From Tubulanus polymorphus (taxonomy: Eukaryota > Animalia > Nemertea): a DNA stretch of 64,000 bases. This document shows, piece after piece, positions 43,309 to 64,000 of this stretch. The stretch is from assembly GCF_964204645.1 (NCBI RefSeq), contig NC_134028.1, positions 24,114,345 through 24,178,344 on the forward strand. The letters run 5' to 3'. The notes under the pieces were generated by a model. It had not been told where the DNA came from and did not search any database. It saw nothing but the letters and a program-made list of their open reading frames with translations. Numbering within the stretch: position 1 is the first letter of the stretch; every line of letters begins with the position of its first letter. The translations under genes were made by a program, and so were the position numbers.

Positions 43309-43641
43309 TACAGTGGGAGCTCGTAACAACTTTCTGATGTCTTAACTGATACAGTGGAACCTCGTTACAACGAACTTCAGGAGACCAGAAAATCTGTTTG
43401 TCTTAACTGATACAGTGGAACCTCGTTACAACGAGCTTCAGGAGACCAGAAAATCTGTTTGTCATACTGATACAGTGGAACCTCGTTACAATGAACTTCA
43501 GGAGACCAGAAAATCGATTTGTCATAACTGATACAGTGGAACCTCGTTACAACGAACTTCAGGAGACCAGAAAATCTGTTTGTCATAACTGATACAGTGG
43601 AACCTCGTTACAACGAGCTTCAGGAGACCAGAAAATCTGTT
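43309..43641. repeat. 60-61-bp tandem repeat (5 units + 1 degenerate) beginning TA-CAGTGGAACCTCGTTACAACGAAC
   Basis: Unit starts at 43350, 43411, 43471, 43532 and 43593. Confidence 0.95.
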
Positions 43642-44880
43642 CAACACAGATATTCATTATGATTAAATTCGTCAGATGGTTACTGCGAGGCTGAAGTTTG
43701 TGGCACGTGGTGGTGCTGGTCATATGTCTCTCTTTCAACTGGTGCAGCTTTGTCACGCTATTGCAGAACGCTTCCAGAACCAGTTAGCATTTGACCGATT
43801 CAGGAGACCTTTTGACCAAAAGCGGCAGCACTTGGTCGAATCGGATTTGGCCCATATCGAGTAGGCCCATTTAGCGCCGGTGTGAATGGTTGGCCTGAGC
43901 CAGATGAGGCCCGCGATAAAAAGCCCATGAACGTAGCGCATGTCTGCAAAATGGGCTCCTGGTTTTTAAGCCAACTCTTAACACTCTCGCTGGATAAATG
44001 GCAAGATATTTCTCTCAAGATTCAGTCAACTAATTTCAAGCCTTCTGGTACAAAGAGCACAATCTTAATACAATTTGCATAAAACTAGAAATGCATATCC
44101 TTAATTTCCATTCTATATGTATCAATTCGAAAAATACCAATATTAACTTATGCAAAACAGCGCTTTAAATATGAATTTGTTTCATGCAATAACACGTATA
44201 GTATTGTTAAAAGTGTGAAAAATGAGTACATGTTTATATCCATGAGGTGTTGAAAGCGAAAATGTCGCAGGTGTATTTACTTATGTAACTGCTTTAAACA
44301 TTCGCTGAATGATCCTTAATAGCTATATTTACACGGTTGATATTATATATGTAAAATCGATCGGCATTAATCGATTATTTTTTATTATATCCCGCATATA
44401 ACTAACTAATTGATAGAGTGATAATATCGCTAGCGCAACAGCTGTTTATGTGGAATAATGTAAAGAAAGAGTTTTTAGAATTAATCTGCCAGTTTCAGAC
44501 TAATTTTCTGGTATTTTTTACTATATGCAGCCCGAAGGGTTTTCATTATACTAAGCACTTTTCTTTTTCAATTGCGATGAAATCTTCTTTCTGATGTTCT
44601 AATTGAGTTCTCGTCTAATTGTTCGAAGTTTGAGGGCAAATTTCTGTCAAAATAAAAACAAAGCACGAGCGGAATGTTGAACTAAGGAATTGGTTCCAGT
44701 TCAGCAGTTTGTGGCTAAGTGTGAATCTGAGAGTAAAAGTCAGTTCATCTTCGATGTTTTTACGTTTCATTTTAAAAATATGATATTTGTTCCTCATTCA
44801 TTTATTTGAATGCTTCATTCGATTTGCCTCTATGCTTTGGTGTCCAAACTCACCACACCTGGAGCGAATTTGGGGTTCAA

Positions 44881-45210
44881 ACTGGGAGTCGAATATCAAC
44901 TCATGAACTGCTGCACTGGGAACAAGGAATCGAATATCAACTCATAAACTGTAGAACTGGGAACTGGGAATCGAATATCAACTCATAAACTGTAGAACTG
45001 GGAACTAGGAGTCAAATATCAACTCATAAACTGTAGAACTGGGAACTGGGAATCGAATATCAACTCATAAACTGTAGAACTGGGAACTAGGAGTCGAATA
45101 TCAACTCATAAACTGTAAACTTGGAACTAGGAGTCGAATATCAACTCATAAACTGTAGAACTGAGAACTAGGAGTCGAATATCAACTCATAAACTGTAAA
45201 CTTGGAACTA
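44881..45210. repeat. 41-bp minisatellite, 8 units
   Basis: Unit ggagtcgaatatcaactcataaactgtagaactgggaacta. Confidence 0.95.
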
Positions 45211-45882
45211 AATGCATGGAAAGAAGTTATTTCAAGCTTGCCCTAGCCTGTTGAAGAGCTATTGTTTATCGAAGCCGGCAAAACATTAAAAAACAACACG
45301 GATCAAAGAAGCTTCATGATTTCACAAAAACAGGAAATTAAACTGACGAGGCAATGTGATTTAGAGCCTGTGTTGATATCGTTTACACATGGGCAACTTT
45401 TTAGTCATGATTTAGGCTAAAAGACACATAAAACACGGAACAATATGAAAAAAGCTCATTGTCATTGTATGAATACAGGTGGGTTATGTCTACAAATTAT
45501 ATTACCTAAGTCGCTTTCCATTTTAGGCGGTTTTTTTGTTGCTTTAATCCACTGCTATGTTTCTTATGTTTTTGTCACAGAACACTAAACTTTGTATGCA
45601 CAAATGCATACCAGCATTAGCTTATTAGCCTGAACCTTAGTTTCATGGGAAATCATGTGATCTTAAAAAGCCATAAAAATTCTGTTTGAAAAACCTGAAA
45701 TAAATTACTTTTTTCTGAATATCAGGAACCGAACCGTGAAAAGTAATTTAGATATTTTCAGAGAGCGCTCTTAAAGGGTTTACCTGAAAATGAAAGAACA
45801 CTGGCAGCTCTCGTGCGAAGTGAATACGATGAAATGAAATTTTTCGAGTAAAAATGATGATTAGGGTTATATATATATATAC

Positions 45883-46167
45883 CTGCTGGTCACAATTCGT
45901 TATTCCGTTCACTGCTACAGTTGTCTCTTCATCTTCCTTCACAGTTATATTATTCCCATTCATTACAGTTTGGGTCGAAGCGCTGTGGTGTCTGCAATTC
46001 AAAATATGCTTCATCGCTTCCGCGTTTAGTATTCCGAGTTTGTCAGTAGATGGTCGCAGACAACCACCACCAGTTTCACCGCCAACAGTTTCCAATAATG
46101 GCCTTGTTTCCGTCATATTCATCATATTTGACAGATGCCAAATTGGAGTTACCTTTTCAATGAACAT
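45883..46167 (-). CDS. Probable first coding exon (95 codons, MFIEKVTPIW...NCDQQ) of an unidentified gene extending leftwards through a very long intron
   Basis: ATG-initiated ORF with protein-like composition ending at phase-0 donor CAG|gtatat. It lies downstream of a GC-richer promoter-like stretch (46300-46800). No domain recognised. Confidence 0.55.
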
Positions 46168-49100
46168 ATGCCGCGTAAATCCGATAGCAGTTCTTTAAAT
46201 CTTTTAAATATCGTTTCTAATTTCGATGCTTTAACTAATGAGTACACTAATTATATCTATTATATTAGACAAACGTTTAGTAGACCTTCAACCAGATTTT
46301 GACAGTCCGACGAGTTGAGTTTGTGGCACGTGTGGTGTGGTGCTGGTCGTATGTCTCTCTCTTTCAACCGGCGCAGCTAAGTCACGCTATTGCAACCTGA
46401 GACCCACTTTCACTCCTATCGAAAGTGTTTAGCGTTTAATTGCAGCCCGGGTTCGACTAGAACGAACACCTGTGAATGCGAGTGTCGTTTGAGCCAGCGC
46501 GACATGCGGCGGCCATGTGCGTTTATTATGACTCGCGCGACATTCGTAAAACCACTCGGGATTTTCCGTACGCTCCCGAGTGACCCGATGAAGTGAGTTC
46601 GAATCCCAAACTCGACGATATAGTATCTAACTGGTTTGAATTATTTTTGAATTTGAAAATTTTTCCTCTTTAGTTTTCAGTTTAGTTTGTGCATGAAAAC
46701 ACGCAAAAATGAAAATAAACGTCGATAAAACTCAGAAATATTCAGAACCAGCATGATTAGTTCAGGGATTTGCCACTGCGCAAGTCGTCGCCACCATACG
46801 GTACTCTGGGATGATAGAATCAAATACTAATTGAAGACAAAAATATTTGTCACAACAAAAAAGTTATCTTTTTACACTAACAACACAGTTTTAAGTACAT
46901 CATAATACATTTTGTACAATTTGTCTTCGTTAGGTTATCAATTGGACAATAAAACTGCAGGCATAAATTTTAAATTTCCTAAGAAAATTTGCCTTTCATT
47001 CAAATATATTTACAAAGATTTAAACAATTTCTACAATTAGCAAGGTCTTAAACGCTAGATAGTTAAAAATTAACCAATCATTTTAACAACCTAAAATCAA
47101 CTCGCAGGCCTATTTCAGCAAAGAAGAATCTTCTAGTAAAATTTGTAAATCTTGCCCCACGATTTACAATAATCATACTTTTTCACATGATCAAACATTT
47201 GATTATTCGCCAATATACACATATACATTTCCTAAGTAAAAATACTATCCGAGTCAATAATTATCTTGTTGTTGATCATTTTGATGAAGAAGAAGTCTAG
47301 AGTTTTATTGGCAGTGTTTGAAAAATCGGCATTCAGTGATCCCTTGAAATAATCAAATCCTAGCGAGAAAAGCAAATCCAGTAATGCCATTGATACCAAG
47401 TCAAGACTTCAGTTCAAAATAGTGGTTTGAAATCTTAAGACTGGTCTTAAGTAGTGAGATTGGCTATAGAACTATGATCATGGTTTTCGATGGGTCGTTA
47501 GTCTAAGCCACAACTATGGAAATGATAAGCCAATCTAAGCCTGGCGTCATGTGCTAATTTAGAATGCAGCTATTTTGGCTTGAATAGAAAGTCAGTAGTA
47601 TTCATTTCAAAATGCAAATTGTATCTTTAAAAGATCATGCTTGAGGTCTTAATCACAGCATTATGAGGGTTCTCTGATTTCTGAATTTCATGTTCATTGA
47701 CTCAAAAATTTAGTTCACCCACCTACACGGTATAAGCTATTCAATAAACACTTAATTCTACGTAGCTAACATTTAGCATTCTTAAATGTTTGTTTTTACG
47801 ATCATAGTATTAATAGCCGCAAGCTGTATAATATGACATATTACATCACATAATAATGATAAGGGTTTAGAAGAATAGATTTTCTAATTTAATGTAACAT
47901 TGAATATATGAATATGCCAATAAAAGAATTACAGGGCTAACAGTCAAAGAGTTATATATATCTCGATTATACTTAATTACATTATAGTTAAGGTAAAATC
48001 TTCAAAAAAAAAAATAATCGGTACAAATTAAAGAGTTTAATGAATTTTTAGAGTATTTGGTTATTCTAAGCCTCTTTCCATGAGCAGTTAGTCTAATGTG
48101 ATAAGAACTTGGTCTGAATTTTGGAATAAGTCATTCGTATTATTTCCATTGGTATGGTACTGGTCCCGTGAGATATTGTGCCAAGATCACAAAAATATGC
48201 TGCCAACTTTTTTGGAATGAAGTTTCTTTCACCAGAATAAGTTTACTTTTCTTTAAGTCTTGAACACAAGAGGATAAAGTACTCATGTAATTGAGAATTT
48301 TTTTCTGTATGAATACAGATAGTTGTGTTATAACATAACATGACAAGCTACACATAAAATAGAGTGTAGCAATAACTAATATCAGATACACTACAGAATA
48401 TAGACTTTATAAATGAGATAAACGTAACAAACTTTTGATCGCGAAGTCAAAAAAATATCAAAAACTAAATACACCAGCAAAAGTAAATCTACTCAGAAGC
48501 CTGTTCCACACAGCTGTACATTCATAGTAGAATAGCCCGTACTCTCAGACATGGGGAAAAGATAATAAGATTAAAAACCCCACTATATACAGAATTCAAA
48601 AGGTTAAGGTGAAATTTATTCATCAAAACTTACGATCAAAAGACACAATGTACCAGATTCTCTCCCATGGTCTTGAGAGAGAAAGAGAGTATGTTGTGTC
48701 TTTTGATTTCTATTTTTGATAAATTTCATTTTTAATCTTGTATATAGTGGCTTTTAATCTTATGCGCATTCATATTTGACACTTGAGTTGATCTGTTGGT
48801 AATGATCTAACTTCTGAGTACAAAGACAAATTCAACTAATGAATACGAAAGCAAAAATCGATGAACACTGGCCTATTATAAGTTTGATCTCACAGGCTTT
48901 CAACAATTTCATACATATTTACAGCTAGATAGATACATATTTATCATACATATATATATATATTAATATTGTGTTTTTTTTTCATGGTACAGCTTATGAT
49001 TAAACCAGTTAATCGCGGTAAATCGTAAACCCCCCTAAATCAGCCTTAACGGCAAATACTAACAACTGGTGCATTGTTCGAAATGGCAAATAATCATTCT

Positions 49101-50369
49101 TCTAGAGTATGTACGCAAATCTTTCCAATTTTACAAGCAACTGTCCCTACCCTCTGTATGCATGCATTTAAAGTCAAACATGCATTTAAAGTCAAACATC
49201 TCATTGTAAAATGACAAAAAAAATTATTTGCCCCATACAAACGTCCTATCAAACCCTAACTGTTACCATCTTTACAACTTTTATATATTTTATCATTACA
49301 TGGAAACTTACGCACAAACCACAGCAGTTGTTTTTTTTTCTGTTATACTATATTATCTTACGATATCAACTCACATTCACAACGAAATATTCGTACATTA
49401 AATATTTTCATCTGAATTATTTCCTGCACAGACACGTTATTTGCGTGAGCAGTTTTTAGGCAAAATAATTACGTTTGGTATATATCTTAAAAACACTCAT
49501 ATAATGTATCATTCGTAAAAGCATGTACGCAAGAAAATATGTTTACAGGCAAAAATGAAGGAGACCGGTTGGTCAACTTCTATCAAACCAATTTTTCCTT
49601 CACTTGAAAATGATCCGACCTGTAGTAGCTAACACCTAACATTCAGTGCATTTTCTAACACGAACCACAGTGCGTCACACATACAAACCAACACGCATCT
49701 ATATGATATAGAAATAAATATTCCAGTGTTTTACTCTAAATCAACTCATACTACAGATTAAGCGTCACAAAATTTTGCCCCTGTGATTTGCAGGTGATTC
49801 GAAGCAACGATCTGTCACCCTCTTCAGACAATAGCAATGTTCTCACTACGTTATGCAGAACGTTCTCAAATAATTCTGTTCCAATTTAGAATGAACCAAG
49901 CATTCACACTAGTGAAAAGTCTGTTCTAATTTGATCAGTTCCAGGTACAATCCGCCAAATTAGGAACGAACTAACTTTAGGGACCTGTGAATATAGCTAT
50001 AAGCAATGGCAGTGTTCAATGAAAAATGTATGCCTTACCAGTAACTATTTCCGATGTTAAGAGATTCTCAGTCAATTTCGAAGATATAAAATAAGCCAAT
50101 TAGGCATTTATATAGATAGCTAATATTAGTGTTTTAACCACCTTTAGCAAAGCGTTTTTAGAAATATCACTGAAAGATCCAAAACCTTGAGCCCAGTTCC
50201 AGAGTCAAGATTTAAGTCTAAAAACGGCTAATTCACGAATTAGTTTAGTTGCCGCTTAGTCCGATCTTACGTTAAGCTTTAAATGTAGAGCTGACCCGTG
50301 GTTAAATGCAGTGCGTTTGTGTGTGATATGTAGAAATATTTTGAACACATGAAGAAAGATATTTGTGTT

Positions 50370-56775
<6,406 letters not shown>

Positions 56776-57296
56776 CTGAAAATAGGATAAAATTTCATAC
56801 AGAAAAAGAATATAGGTTACATTTTTATTTGTCGTAATTTTTCTGTGGATGCAAAGGGTGTCAGTGATTATGTTTATAGGTCACTTTGTCTCCACCAAAG
56901 GCTAAAAGTTAACCCAAAATTAATAACAGATACATATAACATGGTCATCGTTGACATATCAATTATTTTAGTTGTTTTGTTTTATGCTGTCGTGTAGAAA
57001 AGTTAATCTATAGTCAGATATTCAAAAGGCTAACATTATAATTACAGATGTGCGTTTGCTATCATTGATTGATTTGACAGTTGTGAGTGAGATGAGTTCG
57101 CTCGATTCAAACTGTTAGCAAATACACTCCATTTAGTTCAAATATTTTCACCTTTAAATATCTTTTTGAAGACACCCTTGTTACATCTTTTTGGTTAAAA
57201 CACTAATGATGTCGTATCCCGTTCATTTAGGGTAAAAATCAGCATTTAAACGTCGATTATTCTCAAAATTGGAATTTCTCTTCTACCATATTTTAC

Positions 57297-57615
57297 TTCC
57301 TGGTTAGTGTCTTCATTCGTCACCCTCAACGAGGGCAGCACCATACGGTACAAAAGAAAAGCGCCCGAAAATAAAAGCAAATATTACTAAGATAAAAATA
57401 TATATTTGACGATGTTTTGCACTCTATAAAATCATGAAATTATACATCAAAATCACGTAATCATATTTTATGGTTGGAAAGTTTTTTTTGGATGGCAGCA
57501 CCTCCCGGTCACTTCGTCTCAAAACAAATATGGTGGTCGCCAGTTGCGTTATTCTAGATTATTCAGGAGTTTTGCTTTGAAAGTGACGCGCTTGCTGCCG
57601 TTGTTGTGGTTAAAC
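57297..57615. promoter_or_regulatory. Compact bidirectional promoter region between TMEM184B and STUB1
   Basis: Head-to-head genes. The TMEM184B ATG exon needs an upstream exon; a candidate minus-strand donor GAA|gtaaaa is at 57296. GGCAGCAC motifs occur at ~57334 and ~57494. Confidence 0.6.
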
Positions 57616-60910
<3,295 letters not shown>

Positions 60911-61475
60911 AAACAGTTAGTGAACACTGGTTACAGTGATAGCGAAACGGACTTGTTTTTTTCATACACTCATATTCAACATGTTTTAAACCCCGGTTTG
61001 AATTGAAAAGTGCAATTTCTAGTAGCATTGTATGCTGTGCATATAAGATTAATTCCTATCAATTCGATGATAGTAACTGAAATTTAATGATTCGATGATG
61101 AAAGCAAAATTTTTCAGTAATTCTTAAGTAATTTTGGATTATGTTTTAAAGTAGTGAATCTGTTTGATCCCAATATCGACTTTATGTTTGTCGTTCTAGT
61201 CTTCGAGATTTTCAGGTTCAATGTAATTTCGCAGCATTTCCTAACAGAATGTATTTTGGTTACATTATCCAAGGGACAAGTCTATGTATTTAGTAACAAC
61301 CCAGCTGTTAATGTCGAGAACAAATGTATTCTTAAAAAATAGTCTGTCGTCGCCACAAAGTATGGATAGACGATTAACATTGTTAATGGTAAAAAGTGTA
61401 TAAACTATTGTTTGAATTGTGTATATGAGATTTACATGTACTGTTTAATATGTATAAGTACTAATACATTATTGT

Positions 61476-61481
61476 AATAAA
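61476..61481 (+). terminator. Probable STUB1 polyadenylation signal AATAAA
   Basis: AATAAA ~570 nt after the stop codon, preceded by TGTA motifs and followed by GT/T-rich sequence. Confidence 0.5.
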
Positions 61482-61721
61482 ATGCAGAATTATTCTAGGA
61501 ATTAGTTTCATTGTATAGATATTCTCCAGGTCAGTTGTTGGCTATTTTTCTATTTGTAAAATGTATTTATGATCTAATCACTTGAGAAAATATATGTGAA
61601 GTATGGTGAGAATTTGATGTGAATGATTTTTGTTGCTTTGTCTCTGGTTTTTGGGTGTCATTTATTAAGTATGACTGCAGGCATCAGGATATTTCCAGTT
61701 GGGATATTTTTTCATTCCTGA

Positions 61722-61882
61722 AGATTTTAAGCATCAGGTGCTGCCCCTATACATATCGTTGACGGTGAATATGTGAACTAACTTATTACTTGCATGCCGC
61801 AGTAGGAATATTGTTCAGTCACATTAGTTCACATATTCACCGCTATCGAAATATGTAGCGACAGCACTTGACGGTCAAAATC
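61722..61882. mobile_element. Palindromic MITE-like fold-back (second copy ~63389-63550)
   Basis: Arms agatttt..caggtgctg..cggtgaatatgtgaactaa / ttagttcacatattcaccg..cagcacttg..aaaatct. Confidence 0.7.
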
Positions 61883-63038
61883 TGACACCGCGGGTCGGAC
61901 CACTCAAAAACTTCTGCAATTGTTGAACTACTACTGATGCTAAAAATTCATTCAACTTTCCATTTGTGAATAAAAAATGCATTTCCTAATATTAAATATT
62001 TTCTGCTAATTTGAATTTATCGTTTTATGTAAAAAGATAACAACAAGCCAAGGCTCTAGAATGACAATATGATTAGAATAGTGGCCTAGCCCAGCCTCCA
62101 TAGAAATAAAGAAAAACAGCTTTTTAGTTGACTGTTTTTTATTGACATGAGGAGAATAATATCTGTAATTCTACATGAATTCACTATAATAGACTTTTCA
62201 AGAAAGTGAAAAAATTCATCATATCCACATATACATCGTATTACTTTTTTTTAAATTGAGAGAATACTTTGTCAAACATTGCATATAAAGAAAGAAAAGT
62301 AAATTCCATACAGCCAGATATACACACATATGTATCGTACATATATAGATATATATGTATATATATATATCATCAATATCATTGTTTACTATACAATATA
62401 TTTATTGGAATAAAACAGCATTTTTATTGACTGCTGTTTGACTTCATATCGTCCATATATTCCTTGATATCAACATGCTCATCTTATTCTTACAAACCTA
62501 AAAGGATTCGCCATATTCATAAATAGTGCTTTGTCGTGATTATTCTATGGTATGCCTAATTCACCAAATTGCGTGGTTCTAGTTCATCAATTATCCGAAA
62601 AATAAACCACTAATAAACCTCTGAAGTTGTCGCCATAGCTCCAGTCAAAACTTAACAAAATTAAAGAGATAAATAGTAAAACTTATATATAAATATACGA
62701 TAAGCTAGTTATAATAAATCATTAATCAATAACTATAATATAGTGGATTAGAATCTCATAATTAGTGGTAATCCATCGATTACCTTTACACGAAGATATT
62801 CACGAAACCTATTGTTTGAACTGTGTATATGAGATTTACATGTATACTACTGTTTAATATGTATAAGTACTAATACATTATTGTAATAAAATGCCGAATT
62901 ATTCTAGGAATTAGTTTCATTGTATAGATATTCTTCAGGTCAATCAATGGTAGATCACAATATCCGTGATAAAACGATACGAGTAAAATCCCACAATAAA
63001 TGAATTAAGTGATAAAATGTTTATTAAAACATATAAGA

Positions 63039-63072
63039 AATATTTCGGATGGTTACTACCACCCTTCTTCAG
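63039..63072 (-). ncRNA. Minimal hammerhead ribozyme-like motif (inverted copy)
   Basis: Reverse complement reads CTGAAGA-A-GGGTGGT-agta-ACCATCC-GAAA-TATT (one G-U pair in stem II); 3-bp helix I AGA/TCT. Confidence 0.6.
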
Positions 63073-63091
63073 TCTAAAAACTCATTTTAGA

Positions 63092-63125
63092 CTGAAGAAG
63101 GGTGGTAGTAACCACCCGAAATATT
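63092..63125 (+). ncRNA. Minimal hammerhead ribozyme-like motif
   Basis: CTGAAGA-A-GGGTGGT-agta-ACCACCC-GAAA-TATT: conserved core boxes, perfect 7-bp stem II, palindromic ATAT helix III; helix I weak. Confidence 0.6.
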
Positions 63126-64000
63126 TCATACATGTTTTAATAAACATTTTATCACTTAATTCATTTATTGTGGGATTTTACTCGTATTCTCCAGGTCAGT
63201 TGTTGGCTATTTTTCTATTTGTAAAATGTATTTATGATCTGATCACTTGAGAAAATATATGTGAAGTATGGTGAGAATTTGACGTGAATGATTTTTGTTG
63301 CTTTGTCTCTGGTTTTTGGGTGTCATTTATTAAGTATGACTGCAGGCATCAGAGGATATTTCCAGTTGGGATATTTTTTCATTCCTGAAGATTTTAAGCA
63401 TCAGGTGCTGCCCCTATACATATCGTCGACGGTGAATATGTGAACTAACTTATTACTTGCATGCCGCAGTAGGAATATTGTTCAGTCACATTAGTTCACA
63501 TATTCACCGCTATCGAAATATGTAGCGACAGCACTAGACGGTCAAAATCTGACACCGCGGGTCGGACCACTCAAAAACTTCTGCAATTGTTGAACTACTA
63601 CTGATGCTAAAAATTCATTCAACTTTCCATTTGTGAATAAAAAATGCATTTCCTAATATTAAATATTTTCTGCTAATTTGAATTTATCGTTTTATGTAAA
63701 AAGATAACAACAAGCCAAGGCTCTAGAATGACAATACGATTAGAATAGTGGCCTAGCCCAGCCTCCATAGAAATAAAGAAAAACAGCTTTTTAGTTGACT
63801 GTTTTTTATTGACATGAGGAGAATAATATCTGTAATTCTACATGAATTCACTATAATAGACTTTTCAAGAAAGTGAAAAAATTCATCATATCCACATATA
63901 CATCGTATTACTTTTTTTTAAATTGAGAGAATACTTTGTCAAACATTGCATATAAAGAAAGAAAAGTAAATTCCATACAGCCAGATATACACACATATGT

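Larger units (their letters stand above)
62943..63184. mobile_element. Fold-back insertion resembling a truncated Penelope-like element (inverted pLTR pair plus 34-nt tail)
   Basis: Absent from the paralogous copy at ~61520. Flanked by a 14-bp duplication tattct(t/c)caggtca (62929-62942, 63185-63198). ~100-bp inverted arms each contain CTGAAGA-stem-GAAA and AATAAA. Confidence 0.75.
61405..64000 (+). repeat. Near-identical direct duplication, copies starting at 61405 and 62809 (offset 1404 bp); copy 2 runs off the window
   Basis: 61405-62333 matches 62809-64000 except for a few substitutions, small indels and the 242-bp insertion. Confidence 0.95.

Noticed and set aside
63017-63250. 77-aa ORF
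   Set aside because: Runs across the palindromic insertion and its flank; non-coding.

Overview
Eukaryotic (invertebrate animal-type) genomic DNA. The right third holds two complete spliced housekeeping genes arranged head-to-head. TMEM184B-like is on the minus strand (7 coding exons, 472 aa reconstructed) and STUB1/CHIP is on the plus strand (7 coding exons, 273 aa reconstructed); all introns are GT-AG and frame-consistent. The left ~46 kb has no recognisable protein domain. It looks like the 5' exon (46167-45883, minus) and very long intron(s) of a third gene, with a candidate 33-nt microexon and several AG|GT recursive-splice-like sites. It is densely populated by short non-autonomous DNA transposons (Harbinger-like, piggyBac-like, hAT-like MITEs, often nested), tRNA-derived SINE-like fragments, minisatellites and microsatellites. 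The window ends in a ~1.4-kb near-identical duplication. Its second copy carries a 242-bp fold-back insertion with two inverted minimal hammerhead-ribozyme motifs and a 34-nt tail, the architecture of a Penelope-like element pLTR. Almost all ORFs in the supplied track are spurious. I found no convincing evidence of a wholly new protein-coding system.
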